Below, piece after piece: positions 29,307-38,392 of a stretch of DNA of 64,000 nt. The notes beneath the pieces are model-generated. The model was not told the origin of the DNA and searched no databases. It saw nothing but the letters and a program-made list of their open reading frames with translations. The first letter of the stretch is position 1. The number at the start of each line of letters is the position of its first letter. This stretch comes from Bradyrhizobium sp. (GTDB taxonomy: Bacteria > Pseudomonadota > Alphaproteobacteria > Rhizobiales > Xanthobacteraceae): contig NZ_JBEKCZ010000006.1 of NCBI RefSeq assembly GCF_050014615.1, positions 2,175-66,174 of the forward strand, in the 5' to 3' direction. Made by a program: the position numbers and the translations under genes.

Positions 29307-29352
29307 CCTTGCAAGATCGCCGCCGCCGAGATTGCCAAAAACGGCCCAGCGA

Positions 29353-29428
29353 CTTATCTTATATAAAACCTACTTTCAAAAATAAATCTATAAATTATCA
29401 GATCTGATGTTAGAATATATAGGATAAG
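29353..29428. promoter_or_regulatory. AT-rich divergent promoter region with candidate GntR operators
   Basis: CTTATCTTATATA (29353-29365) and TATATAGGATAAG (29416-29428) form an inverted pair with one mismatch. Perfect palindrome ATCAGATCTGAT at 29397-29408. Confidence 0.55.
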
Positions 29429-29458
29429 ATTCGAGCGGCGGCCGAAGGAGGCGAGCGC

Positions 29459-30181
29459 GTGGACACCACAGCGGCACTTCAGTTGGCCCCCGCGCCGTCG
29501 ACGCAGGCGAGCAATGTCTATGACCGGTTGCGCGAAGACCTGCTGTCCGGAAGGCTCGCGCCCTCACGCAAGCTGCAGATGCGCGTCCTGATCGAGATGT
29601 ATCAGACCGGACAGACGCCGCTGCGCGAAGCGCTCAACCGGCTGACCGCCGACGGGCTGGTCGAAGTGCGCGAGCAGCGCGGTTTCTATGTCAGGGACAT
29701 CAGCCGCGCCGAGCTGGCCGAGCTCACCAAGACGCGCTGCTGGGTGGAGAGCCTGGCGTTGCGCGAATCGATGGCGGCCTCGACGCCGCCTTGGGAGGAG
29801 CAGCTATTGCTGGCGCAGCATCGCTTGGGTCGAACGCCGCGCTCGCTGAACCAGACCGAATTCGAGGACAATCCCGAATGGGAGCGGCTGCATCGTATTT
29901 ACCACCGGACGCTGATCGGACATTGCGGATCGGCGTCGCTGGTCGCCTTCTGCGGACAGCTCGCCGATCAGCTCTACCGCTACCGGCGGCTTTCGATCCG
30001 CAAAGCGTTCCCGTCGCGCCATGTCGGCGACGAGCATCTCGCCATCACCAACGCCGTGATGAGCGGCGACGCCGACGAGGCGGTGAAACTGCTCACGGCG
30101 CATTACCAGAAAACCGCCGACGTGATCCTGCAGGACGAGGCGATTTTCCCGGAACTGCGCAGGGAGCAACAGCTCGGCTAG
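29459..30181 (+). CDS. GntR family regulator with FCD domain
   Basis: VYDRLREDLLSG...GQTPLREALNRL wHTH, FCD with HRIYHRTL and EHLAI. Confidence 0.92.
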   Translation: MDTTAALQLAPAPSTQASNVYDRLREDLLSGRLAPSRKLQMRVLIEMYQTGQTPLREALNRLTADGLVEVREQRGFYVRDISRAELAELTKTRCWVESLALRESMAASTPPWEEQLLLAQHRLGRTPRSLNQTEFEDNPEWERLHRIYHRTLIGHCGSASLVAFCGQLADQLYRYRRLSIRKAFPSRHVGDEHLAITNAVMSGDADEAVKLLTAHYQKTADVILQDEAIFPELRREQQLG

Positions 30182-30396
30182 GGCGCCGGTATTGTGTCGG
30201 CGCGCGTCGGATAAAACTCTCCCGATCTGGCTTGGCGGGCACCGAAGCGAACTCGCATACGGCGGCACAGAGCCAGCCAAGGCTCGGCGGGCGGTCTGGA
30301 TGGCCGCCATCCCGGCGCTCAGTTCCTCCACGATGGTAACCGAAACTGAATCGTGCCGCCGCGCCTTGGTCCCGCGCGCAAGAGGAAAACCCCGTC

Positions 30397-30642
30397 ATGT
30401 CGAGACTAGCCATCGCGTTTGTGTCGGCACTGGCTGCGACCGCGGCCAATGCGCAAGATACCAAGTCTGGACAATCGCAAACGCCGGCCGCTGCCAGCGC
30501 GAATGGAACACGGCCGTTCCTATTTGATGGACGAATGCCAGGTGATGGCGTCCGGCAGGGAGCGCTCGCCGGCGATCATCACCCCAACGCTGGCGTCATC
30601 GTCGTGCCACCGAAAGCAAGCCAGCCTGAGCGCGAACGATAA
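30397..30642 (+). CDS. Small secreted hypothetical protein
   Basis: GAGGA upstream, signal peptide MSRLAIAFVSALAATAANA. Confidence 0.5.
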   Translation: MSRLAIAFVSALAATAANAQDTKSGQSQTPAAASANGTRPFLFDGRMPGDGVRQGALAGDHHPNAGVIVVPPKASQPERER

Positions 30643-30671
30643 GTCCGCGGACCCGTGACGCGGCAGAATCT

Positions 30672-30872
30672 CTAGGCCGAGACGTCGACATTGCCGCCGA
30701 CACCGTCCGCCACATTGGCCAACGACGAAGCATCTTGCGCGCCCGTCCCCAGCAGCGTCTGGACCGCGGATTTCTCCGCGTCGGCGTTCGACTTCAAGAT
30801 GTCGGTGGCGACCTGCGTCTGGAACTTGCCCGCTTGAAGGGCCATAGCCGCGAATACTAGACTCATATCCAT
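30672..30872 (-). CDS. Small protein, YjfB-like putative motility protein
   Basis: Pattern VATDILK...LL...GVGGNVDVSA resembles the YjfB family C-terminus. Confidence 0.6.
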   Translation of the reverse strand: MDMSLVFAAMALQAGKFQTQVATDILKSNADAEKSAVQTLLGTGAQDASSLANVADGVGGNVDVSA

Positions 30873-30935
30873 ACAAACATCCCCAAGCCGCCAGAATACC
30901 GGGCAGGCCTTAACGATCCATTTCCTCTCTTGGGA

Positions 30936-31793
30936 TCAGGCCGCGTTTGCCGCGAAAGCGGCGCCGAGGGTGCGCAGCGCCCGGCGCGTCCGTGGATCAG
31001 ACAGTTTGGAATGAAGGATGACCTCGCGGGACGGCAGCGGGGGCAGACCCAGCCGTGGTCCGAGATCGACGGTGCCGGATGGTGCCACCCGGCGCGCCAG
31101 CGCCGCCACCGCCAGACCCGCGGAAATCGCAGCACCAATGGTTGCCAGCCCGCCGCCGACAAACACCTCGGTCCAGGACACGCCCGCAGCATCGAGAGCA
31201 CCGATCGCCATGGCGCGCACGCTGCAAGGCTCGGCCTGGGTCGCAAGCCGCAGCGGCTCGCCGCGCTCGCGATGAAAATCGGGCGCGGCCATCCAGCCGA
31301 ATGGCTCTTCGAACAACACATCGCCGTCGCGGCGATGGGCGTCGTGCCCGAGCACGATCGCAGCGTCCAGCGTACCGCCGTCGAACGCCTCCAGCACGAC
31401 GCGCGAGGTGTCGATATGCAATTCCAACACCAGCCCGGGATCGGTGGCGCTCATGCGCTTTAATAAAGCGGCCAGTTCGGCGCCGACGATGTGATGGCTG
31501 ATGCCGACGACCAGGCGGCGATGTTCGACGGCAAAAGCCCCGATCGCCGACTGATGCGCGGCGACGAGATTGCGCGCCGCGCCGAGAAAGGCGCTGCCCT
31601 CCGCGGACAGCCGAACCAGCCGCGGGGTTCGCTCCAGCAGCCGCCGGCCGAGCCCCTGTTCCAGGCGCTTGATCTTCAGGCTGACTGCGGACTGCGTGGT
31701 GTCCATCGCCTCCGCGGCACGGGTGAAGCTGTTCAGGTCAGCCACCAGGACAAAGGCCTGGACCGCCTCGACATCGAGCGCTTTCATGGTCAT
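30936..31793 (-). CDS. LysR family transcriptional regulator
   Basis: SFTRAAEAMDTTQSAVSLKIKRLE HTH plus substrate-binding domain. Confidence 0.93.
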   Translation of the reverse strand: MTMKALDVEAVQAFVLVADLNSFTRAAEAMDTTQSAVSLKIKRLEQGLGRRLLERTPRLVRLSAEGSAFLGAARNLVAAHQSAIGAFAVEHRRLVVGISHHIVGAELAALLKRMSATDPGLVLELHIDTSRVVLEAFDGGTLDAAIVLGHDAHRRDGDVLFEEPFGWMAAPDFHRERGEPLRLATQAEPCSVRAMAIGALDAAGVSWTEVFVGGGLATIGAAISAGLAVAALARRVAPSGTVDLGPRLGLPPLPSREVILHSKLSDPRTRRALRTLGAAFAANAA

Positions 31794-31801
31794 TCATTTA
31801 T

Positions 31802-31831
31802 ATATGAAATCATTGAAATAGTATTTCATAT
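31802..31831. promoter_or_regulatory. Inverted repeat in the LysR/tautomerase divergent promoter
   Basis: ATATGAAAT (31802-31810) and ATTTCATAT (31823-31831), with inner TGAAATA-G-TATTTCA. Confidence 0.5.
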
Positions 31832-31898
31832 CGTTTTTAAATGGTCAAGAAGCTCCTATCTTTGGTCTGTGCCCAACGACCAACACAGGAGAATCACC

Positions 31899-32282
31899 AT
31901 GCCGCTGACACGCGTTTCACTGAGGCGCGGCAAGCCCGCCCCTTACCGCAAGGCCATTCTTGAAGGCCTCTATCAGGCCATGCGCGAGACCTTCGATGTC
32001 CCCGAGGGCGACCGCTTCATGACCGTGACCGAGCATGACCAAGACGATTTCGTTTATGGCGCGGATTATCTCGGCATCCAGCGCAGCGACGATCTGGTCA
32101 TCATTCAGATCACCGTCAGCAACACGCGCCCGACGGCACAAAAGCAAAAGCTCTATCGGCGCATCGTCGAACGATTGACCGAAAATCCCGGCCTGCGGCC
32201 TGAGGACATTTTCATCAATCTGGTCGAGGTGCTTCCGGAAAACTGGTCTTTCGGCCACGGCCAGGCGCAGTACGTCAAGTGA
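31899..32282 (+). CDS. Tautomerase superfamily protein (double beta-alpha-beta, Pro-1)
   Basis: AGGAG RBS, (M)PLTRVSL giving N-terminal Pro, ENWSFGHG C-terminus. Confidence 0.88.
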   Translation: MPLTRVSLRRGKPAPYRKAILEGLYQAMRETFDVPEGDRFMTVTEHDQDDFVYGADYLGIQRSDDLVIIQITVSNTRPTAQKQKLYRRIVERLTENPGLRPEDIFINLVEVLPENWSFGHGQAQYVK

Positions 32283-32470
32283 CCGCGATGCCCGCGCTGT
32301 CGCCGCGCATGAGCGGAGTTGCAGTGATGCGCTGCCGTCAGAACGATACGCGCGTGGCTCTTGCCGCCCATCTGCTCGGGCTCGGGGCGGGCGCGACGAT
32401 GATTATCGGCCTCGCCCCCGCCGCCCTGGCGTTGGTACGGGCCTTGATCTGAGTAAAGAGAGCGGGGGAG

Positions 32471-33352
32471 CTACCGCGTCGGAACCGGCTTGTCGCCGCG
32501 ATAGTCGTAGAAGCCGCGCTGGGTCTTGCGGCCGAGCCAGCCGGCCTCGACATATTTTACCAATAGCGGACACGGCCGGTATTTGGAGTCCGCCAGACCT
32601 TCATGCAGCACCTGCATGATCGACAGACAGGTGTCGAGGCCGATGAAATCGGCGAGTTCAAGCGGCCCCATCGGGTGGTGCGCACCGAGCTTCATCGCAG
32701 CATCGATCGCCTCGACGTTGCCGACGCCCTCATACAGCGTGTAGATCGCCTCATTGATCATCGGCAGCAGGATGCGGTTGACGATGAAGGCCGGAAAATC
32801 TTCGGAAACCGCGATATGCTTGCCGAGCCGGGTGACGAAATCCTTGGCGGCGTCGAAGGTGGTGTCGTCGGTGGCGATGCCGCGGATCAGTTCGACCAGT
32901 TCCATCAGCGGAACCGGGTTCATGAAGTGAATGCCGATGAAACGTTCGGGCCGATCGGTCGACGCGGCCAGCCGCGTGATCGAGATCGACGAGGTGTTGG
33001 AGGCGATGATGGCGCTCGGTTTCAGCACCGCGCAGACATCGTGAAAGATCTTGCGCTTGATCTCTTCCTTTTCCACCGCGCTCTCGATCACCAGATCGCA
33101 ATCCGACAATCCGTCCATGGTGTCGGCGGAAACGATCCGTTCCAGCGCCTGCTTGCGCGCGTCCTCGGTAACGATCTTCTTGGAGACCTGACGCGACAAA
33201 TTGCCGTTGATGGTCGCCATGGCGGACTTCAGCCGGTCGGTGGACACATCGTTGAGCACCACGTCGAACCCGGCCAGCGCCGCCACATGCGCGATGCCGT
33301 TGCCCATCTGGCCCGAACCAATCACGCCGACCTTCTTGATCATAACCGCCAT
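32471..33352 (-). CDS. hbd: 3-hydroxybutyryl-CoA dehydrogenase
   Basis: VIGSGQMGNG, ASNTSSIS, GIHFMNPVP, FIVNRIL, HPMGPLELAD. Confidence 0.96.
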   Translation of the reverse strand: MAVMIKKVGVIGSGQMGNGIAHVAALAGFDVVLNDVSTDRLKSAMATINGNLSRQVSKKIVTEDARKQALERIVSADTMDGLSDCDLVIESAVEKEEIKRKIFHDVCAVLKPSAIIASNTSSISITRLAASTDRPERFIGIHFMNPVPLMELVELIRGIATDDTTFDAAKDFVTRLGKHIAVSEDFPAFIVNRILLPMINEAIYTLYEGVGNVEAIDAAMKLGAHHPMGPLELADFIGLDTCLSIMQVLHEGLADSKYRPCPLLVKYVEAGWLGRKTQRGFYDYRGDKPVPTR

Positions 33353-33473
33353 TTTGCCATCTCACCGGAGCGACGCCTACAGCGCCGCTCATTCCCTTGC
33401 CCGTATTCTTATCGCAAATCGGTCGCCATTTTGCGAAATATACCCGTCGTTCCGATCCTGGTTTCGATCTTAG

Positions 33474-34418
33474 TTACTTTCCGAGCTTGCCGATCGCTTC
33501 GGTCAGTTCGGGAACCGCCTGATACAGATCCGCGACCAGGCCGTAATCGGCAACCTGGAAGATTGGGGCGTCCTCATCCTTGTTGATGGCGACGATGACC
33601 TTGGAATCCTTCATGCCGGCGAGATGCTGGATCGCGCCGGAAATGCCGATCGCGATATAGAGTTCCGGCGCCACCACCTTGCCGGTCTGGCCGACCTGCC
33701 AGTCGTTCGGCGCATAGCCGGCGTCAACCGCGGCGCGCGAGGCGCCGACGCCGGCGCCGAGCTTGTCGGCAAGCGGCTCGATATATTTGGCGAAATTCTC
33801 GCGGCTCTGCATGGCGCGGCCGCCGGAAACGATGATCTTGGCCGACGTCAGTTCGGGACGATCGCTCTTGGCGACTTCCTCGCCGACAAAACTCGACAAA
33901 CCGGGATCGGCCGCAGTCGCGGCATTTTCCACGCTCGCGCTGCCGCCGTCGCCGGCCGCGGCGAAGGTCGAGGTGCGCACGGTGATCACCTTCTTGGCGT
34001 CTTTCGATTTCACCGTCTGGATCGCGTTGCCGGCATAGATCGGCCGCTCGAACGTATCGGGCGAAATCACCTTGATGATTTCCGACACCTGCATCACGTC
34101 GAGCAAAGCGGCGACGCGCGGCATCACATTCTTGAAGCGCGAGGTCGCGGGCGCGACGAAGGCGTCGTAGCCAGGGGCCAGCGCCACGATCAGCGCCGCC
34201 AGCGGCTCGGCGAGGTCGTGGGCATAGGCGGCGTTGTCCGCGAGCAGCACCTTCTTGACACCCGCGAGCTTGGCGGCGGCGTCCGCGGCGGCCTTGGCAT
34301 TTTCGCCGGCCACCAGCACATGCACTTCGCCGCCGAGCGCGGCGGCGGCGGTCAGCGCCTTGTTGGTCGAGTCCTTGACCGAGGCATTGTCGTGTTCGGC
34401 AATCAACAGCGTCGTCAT
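33474..34418 (-). CDS. etfA: Electron transfer flavoprotein alpha subunit
   Basis: [36 protein letters not shown]. Confidence 0.97.
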   Translation of the reverse strand: MTTLLIAEHDNASVKDSTNKALTAAAALGGEVHVLVAGENAKAAADAAAKLAGVKKVLLADNAAYAHDLAEPLAALIVALAPGYDAFVAPATSRFKNVMPRVAALLDVMQVSEIIKVISPDTFERPIYAGNAIQTVKSKDAKKVITVRTSTFAAAGDGGSASVENAATAADPGLSSFVGEEVAKSDRPELTSAKIIVSGGRAMQSRENFAKYIEPLADKLGAGVGASRAAVDAGYAPNDWQVGQTGKVVAPELYIAIGISGAIQHLAGMKDSKVIVAINKDEDAPIFQVADYGLVADLYQAVPELTEAIGKLGK

Positions 34419-35168
34419 CTAGAGAACCCCAGCTTCATTCTTGAGCTTCGACACCAACTCGGCGACGTCCTTGACCTTGACGCCGCCCTTGCGGCCCGGC
34501 GGTTCGGTGGTCTTGAGGATTTCGAGATGGGCGGTGAGATCGACGCCGTAATCGGACGCGCTCTTGTCGGCGATCGGCTTCTTCTTCGCCTTCATGATGT
34601 TGGGCAGGCTGGCGTAACGCGGCTCGTTCAGCCGCAGGTCGGTGGTGACGATCGCCGGCCCCTTCAGTTTCACGGTTTGCAGGCCGCCGTCGACTTCGCG
34701 CGTCACCTTGAAATCGGAACCATCGACCTCGAGCTTGGAGGCAAAGGTCGCCTGCGACCATCCGAGCAGAGCGGCCAGCATCTGGCCGGTCTGATTTGAA
34801 TCGTCGTCAATCGCCTGCTTGCCGAGAATCACCAGGCCGGGCTTTTCCTCATCGGCAATGGCCTTGAGAATCTTCGCCACCGCCAGCGGTTCGACATTGC
34901 CGTCCGCCTTGACCAGGATGCCGCGGTCGGCGCCCATGGCCAATCCCGTGCGGATGGTTTCAGCCGCCTGCGCCGGACCGATCGAGACCACCACGACCTC
35001 GGTTGCCTTGCCGGCCTCTTTCAGGCGCAGGGCCTCCTCGACGGCGATTTCGTCGAACGGATTCATCGACATCTTGACGTTGGACAGTTCGACGCCCGAT
35101 CCGTCGCTCTTGACGCGGACCTTGACGTTGTAATCGACCACCCGCTTTACCGGCACCAGAACCTTCAT
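34419..35168 (-). CDS. etfB: Electron transfer flavoprotein beta subunit
   Basis: [35 protein letters not shown]. Confidence 0.97.
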   Translation of the reverse strand: MKVLVPVKRVVDYNVKVRVKSDGSGVELSNVKMSMNPFDEIAVEEALRLKEAGKATEVVVVSIGPAQAAETIRTGLAMGADRGILVKADGNVEPLAVAKILKAIADEEKPGLVILGKQAIDDDSNQTGQMLAALLGWSQATFASKLEVDGSDFKVTREVDGGLQTVKLKGPAIVTTDLRLNEPRYASLPNIMKAKKKPIADKSASDYGVDLTAHLEILKTTEPPGRKGGVKVKDVAELVSKLKNEAGVL

Positions 35169-35279
35169 CGACCCTCTTTCGCTTGAATTTCAGGTTTGTT
35201 CAGCTTGGGCGCGGAACCTAAAGCCCCCGCCAACCCCGGTCAACGCGCGAAGGCCAAAAATCGCCCCGACAGGGCGCGG

Positions 35280-35852
35280 TCAGCGGTTCTGGCCGGGGAC
35301 CCACAAGACGTCCCCGGCGCCGTTATTGTTGACGGCGCGGCTGGCGACGAACAGGAAATCCGACAACCGGTTGATATACTGGATCGCCGCATCGCTGACC
35401 GGCTCGTTGGGCTGGGCCGCGAGTTCCACCATCATCCGTTCCGCCCTGCGGCATATGGTGCGGGCCAGATGCAGATACGCCGCGGCCGGCGTGCCGCCGG
35501 GCAGTATAAACGAGGTCAAGGGCGCCAGCGGCCCATTCAGGCTGTCGATGTCGCGTTCGAGACGTTCGACCTGGCTCGACAGCATCCGCAACCGTTCCGC
35601 CTTGCCCTCGCGCTGGGGTACCGCAAGATCGGCGCCGAGATCGAACAGATCGTTCTGGATCAGGCCCAGCATCGCATCGAGCGCGCGCGCCTCCGTCAGA
35701 TGCAGCCGCACGATGCCGATGGCGGCGTTGGTCTCATCGACGGTTCCATAGGCGCCGATGCGCAGGTCGTATTTCGGGCGGCGTTCGCCGCTGCCGAGCG
35801 CCGTGGTGCCGTCATCGCCGGTCCGCGTGTAGATACGATTGAGGACGACCAT
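35280..35852 (-). CDS. ATP:cob(I)alamin adenosyltransferase, PduO type
   Basis: IYTRTGDDGTT, YGTVDETN, QNDLFDLG, FILPGG, RTICRRAER, NRLSDFLF. Confidence 0.93.
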   Translation of the reverse strand: MVVLNRIYTRTGDDGTTALGSGERRPKYDLRIGAYGTVDETNAAIGIVRLHLTEARALDAMLGLIQNDLFDLGADLAVPQREGKAERLRMLSSQVERLERDIDSLNGPLAPLTSFILPGGTPAAAYLHLARTICRRAERMMVELAAQPNEPVSDAAIQYINRLSDFLFVASRAVNNNGAGDVLWVPGQNR

Positions 35853-35869
35853 ATCCGGCTCCTTCGGCT

Positions 35870-36064
35870 TCAGCGGCCCATCGCCCAGACCGCGAGCATG
35901 GTGATGACGATCGCGACGAATTGCAGCAATACCCGCAACCGCATCAGTTTCTGCGAGCGATTCGGCGATCCGCCCCGCATCATATTGATAAGGCCAAGCA
36001 GCAGCACCAATGCTACGGCACCGACTGCGACGGGAAGAAGGATCATACTCAGGAATGAAGCCAT
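35870..36064 (-). CDS. HIG1-like twin-transmembrane small protein
   Basis: Two TM helices with SQKLMRLRVLLQ motif. Confidence 0.85.
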   Translation of the reverse strand: MASFLSMILLPVAVGAVALVLLLGLINMMRGGSPNRSQKLMRLRVLLQFVAIVITMLAVWAMGR

Positions 36065-36229
36065 TGGCGCTACATAACACCGCCCCGGGCGCTCCGCCAT
36101 CGCCGCATCGAACCGGCCCCCATGCAACGATCTGGCTTTTAACTCAATAATATCAGAAGGTAGGCTAGCGCCCTGTTTTCGGGATTTGTTAATCCGATAA
36201 AACCCCTCTGCCGCAGGTCAGGACGAATC

Positions 36230-37123
36230 GTGAGGCGATTACGCTACATCTTTCATGTCAGCCTCGATGCGTTCTACACGTTCCTGGCCGATGACGGCTG
36301 GGCGATCGCCAGCCATATCGCGCTGTCGACATTGATGGCGCTGTTTCCGTTTCTGATCGTGCTGACGTCGCTGGCCGGATTTTTCGGCTCAAAGGAGCTC
36401 GCCGATCAGGCCGCGGGATTGTTGCTGCAGGTCTGGCCGAAGCAGGTCGCCGATGCGCTGTCCGGCCAGATCCACGACGTCATGACGACCACCCGCGGCG
36501 ACATCCTGACCATCGGCGCGGTGCTCGCGGTGTATTTCGCCTCCAATGGCGTCGAAGCCCTGCGCGTCGCGCTCAACCGCGCCTATTCGGTGATCGAGCC
36601 GCGGCGCTGGTACTGGCTGCGGCTGGAATCGATCGGCTACACGCTGATCGCCGCCGTCACCTCGCTGGTGATGGCGTTCCTGATCGTGCTCGGCCCCCTG
36701 ATCATCGAGGCGGTACGGCGGCACATTCCACTTGTCGTGGAATCCAACGAGCAATTTCTCAATGTTTCGCGCTACGGCATCACCATTGCGGCCCTGATCG
36801 TCGCCCTGTTTATTCTGCACGCATGGCTTCCGGCCGGCCGCCGCGGCTTCCTGCAGATCCTGCCGGGCATCATCTTCACCCTGGTGGCGTCGCTGGTATC
36901 GGGCATCGTGTTCGGACAATATCTCGCGCGCTTCGCCAACAATTACGTGACCATGTATGCCGGCCTGGCGTCGGTCATCATCGCGCTGGTGTTCCTGTAT
37001 TTCATCGCCGCGATCTTCGTGTATGGCGGCGAACTGAACGCGGCGATCATCAAGTCGCAGCTGCCGCACGGCGTGTCGCTTCAAGCAGCGCAGTCGCTAA
37101 AGCCCTCGGAGACACGGGCTTGA
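36230..37123 (+). CDS. YihY/BrkB family membrane protein
   Basis: LMALFPFL, ALNRAY, YVTMYAGLASV, GGELNA. Confidence 0.9.
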   Translation: MRRLRYIFHVSLDAFYTFLADDGWAIASHIALSTLMALFPFLIVLTSLAGFFGSKELADQAAGLLLQVWPKQVADALSGQIHDVMTTTRGDILTIGAVLAVYFASNGVEALRVALNRAYSVIEPRRWYWLRLESIGYTLIAAVTSLVMAFLIVLGPLIIEAVRRHIPLVVESNEQFLNVSRYGITIAALIVALFILHAWLPAGRRGFLQILPGIIFTLVASLVSGIVFGQYLARFANNYVTMYAGLASVIIALVFLYFIAAIFVYGGELNAAIIKSQLPHGVSLQAAQSLKPSETRA

Positions 37124-38288
37124 CCAGAAACGCATCCGCGCCGGCCGCGCGCGAGGCCGCCTCGTCGTCGCCGCGGCCCGACACCCCGATGATGGCGATG
37201 CGGCCGAGCGGCGGGCCCAGTTCGCGAATGCGCCGGATCGCCTCGATGCCGTTGATACCCGGCAACACCATGTCCATCAGCACCGCATCGAAGCCGCCTT
37301 GCGCGATCCGTTCGGTGGCGGCCTCGCCGCGCCCGATAAATTCCGCCTGATGACCAAGCTCGGTCAGAACCGCATTGAGCACGACACGGCCGAACGGATT
37401 GTCCTCGACGCTGAGGATGCGCAACGCCTGTACGGGGTCGGGTGAAGCATCGGTATTCAAGCCTGAGTGCGGGGCTTTCGATGCCTTGGCGCGGGTCAAC
37501 GACACCGTCAATGTGAAGGTGGTGCCGCCTCCGCGCCGCTGCGCCACCAGGATGTCGCCCCCCATCGCCCGCGCCAGCGCCTTCACCGACGACAATCCGA
37601 GGCCGGCACCACCGAAGCGCGAGGCGATGCCGACATTGGCCTGCGAAAACGGCCGGAACAGGCGTTTGACCTCGTGCAGCGTGAGCCCGATCCCGCTGTC
37701 CGAAATCGCAAAGGCGACGCCGATCTTGCCCCTGGTGTCGCGCATCGATTTGACCGACAGCGCGACGCCACCGCGCTCGGTGAATTTGATCGCATTGTCG
37801 ATCAGGTTTTCCAGTGCCGCGCGCAGGCGAACCGGGTCGCCGATCACGAACGCTGGAAGTTTTTCGGAAATCTCGACGTCGGACTGCAAGCCCTTGGCCG
37901 TCGCCCGGCCGGCCAGCGAATCCCCCGCGTTACGGGCCAGCGTGCGCAAATCGAAGAAATCCTGCCGCGCGCCAAATCCGGAATGGCCGCTGCTGGCGGC
38001 ATCGACAAACAAGGTCGCCAGGCTGGCGAGGTGTTCGGCGCCGGCCTTGATGGTGTCGACCCAGCGCCGCTCGCGTTCGTCGAGGCCGGACGTCGCCAGG
38101 AGATCGCTGATCGCCAGAATGCCGGTCAGCGGCGTGCGGACCTCGTGCGCGAATGCGGCCAGCGCCGTCTCGACGATGCCGGGGGCGGGCGTCCTGACGG
38201 CGCGTTTGCGCGCCTTGCCGACGGCAAGATTTGCAGCGCGTTTTTTCGGCGTCCGCTTGGGGCGCCGTGAGCGCGATTTCGACGCCAT
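37050..38288 (-). CDS. Cytoplasmic hybrid histidine kinase (HisKA-HATPase-REC) without a sensor domain
   Basis: FAHEVRTPL, NLIDNAIKFT, DSGIG, GAGLGL, REC with VEDN, LMDMVLP, KP. Confidence 0.9.
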   Translation of the reverse strand: MASKSRSRRPKRTPKKRAANLAVGKARKRAVRTPAPGIVETALAAFAHEVRTPLTGILAISDLLATSGLDERERRWVDTIKAGAEHLASLATLFVDAASSGHSGFGARQDFFDLRTLARNAGDSLAGRATAKGLQSDVEISEKLPAFVIGDPVRLRAALENLIDNAIKFTERGGVALSVKSMRDTRGKIGVAFAISDSGIGLTLHEVKRLFRPFSQANVGIASRFGGAGLGLSSVKALARAMGGDILVAQRRGGGTTFTLTVSLTRAKASKAPHSGLNTDASPDPVQALRILSVEDNPFGRVVLNAVLTELGHQAEFIGRGEAATERIAQGGFDAVLMDMVLPGINGIEAIRRIRELGPPLGRIAIIGVSGRGDDEAASRAAGADAFLVKPVSPRALATALLEATRRAAAAT

Positions 38289-38392
38289 GATTCCCCCGAC
38301 CCGGCCGCCGCCAGCATGCCATGGCGGGCTGGCGGGAGTCACGCCGAAGCGCGTTTTCCACTTGCCGTTGGTGTGCGGCAAACCCCGAAAAA

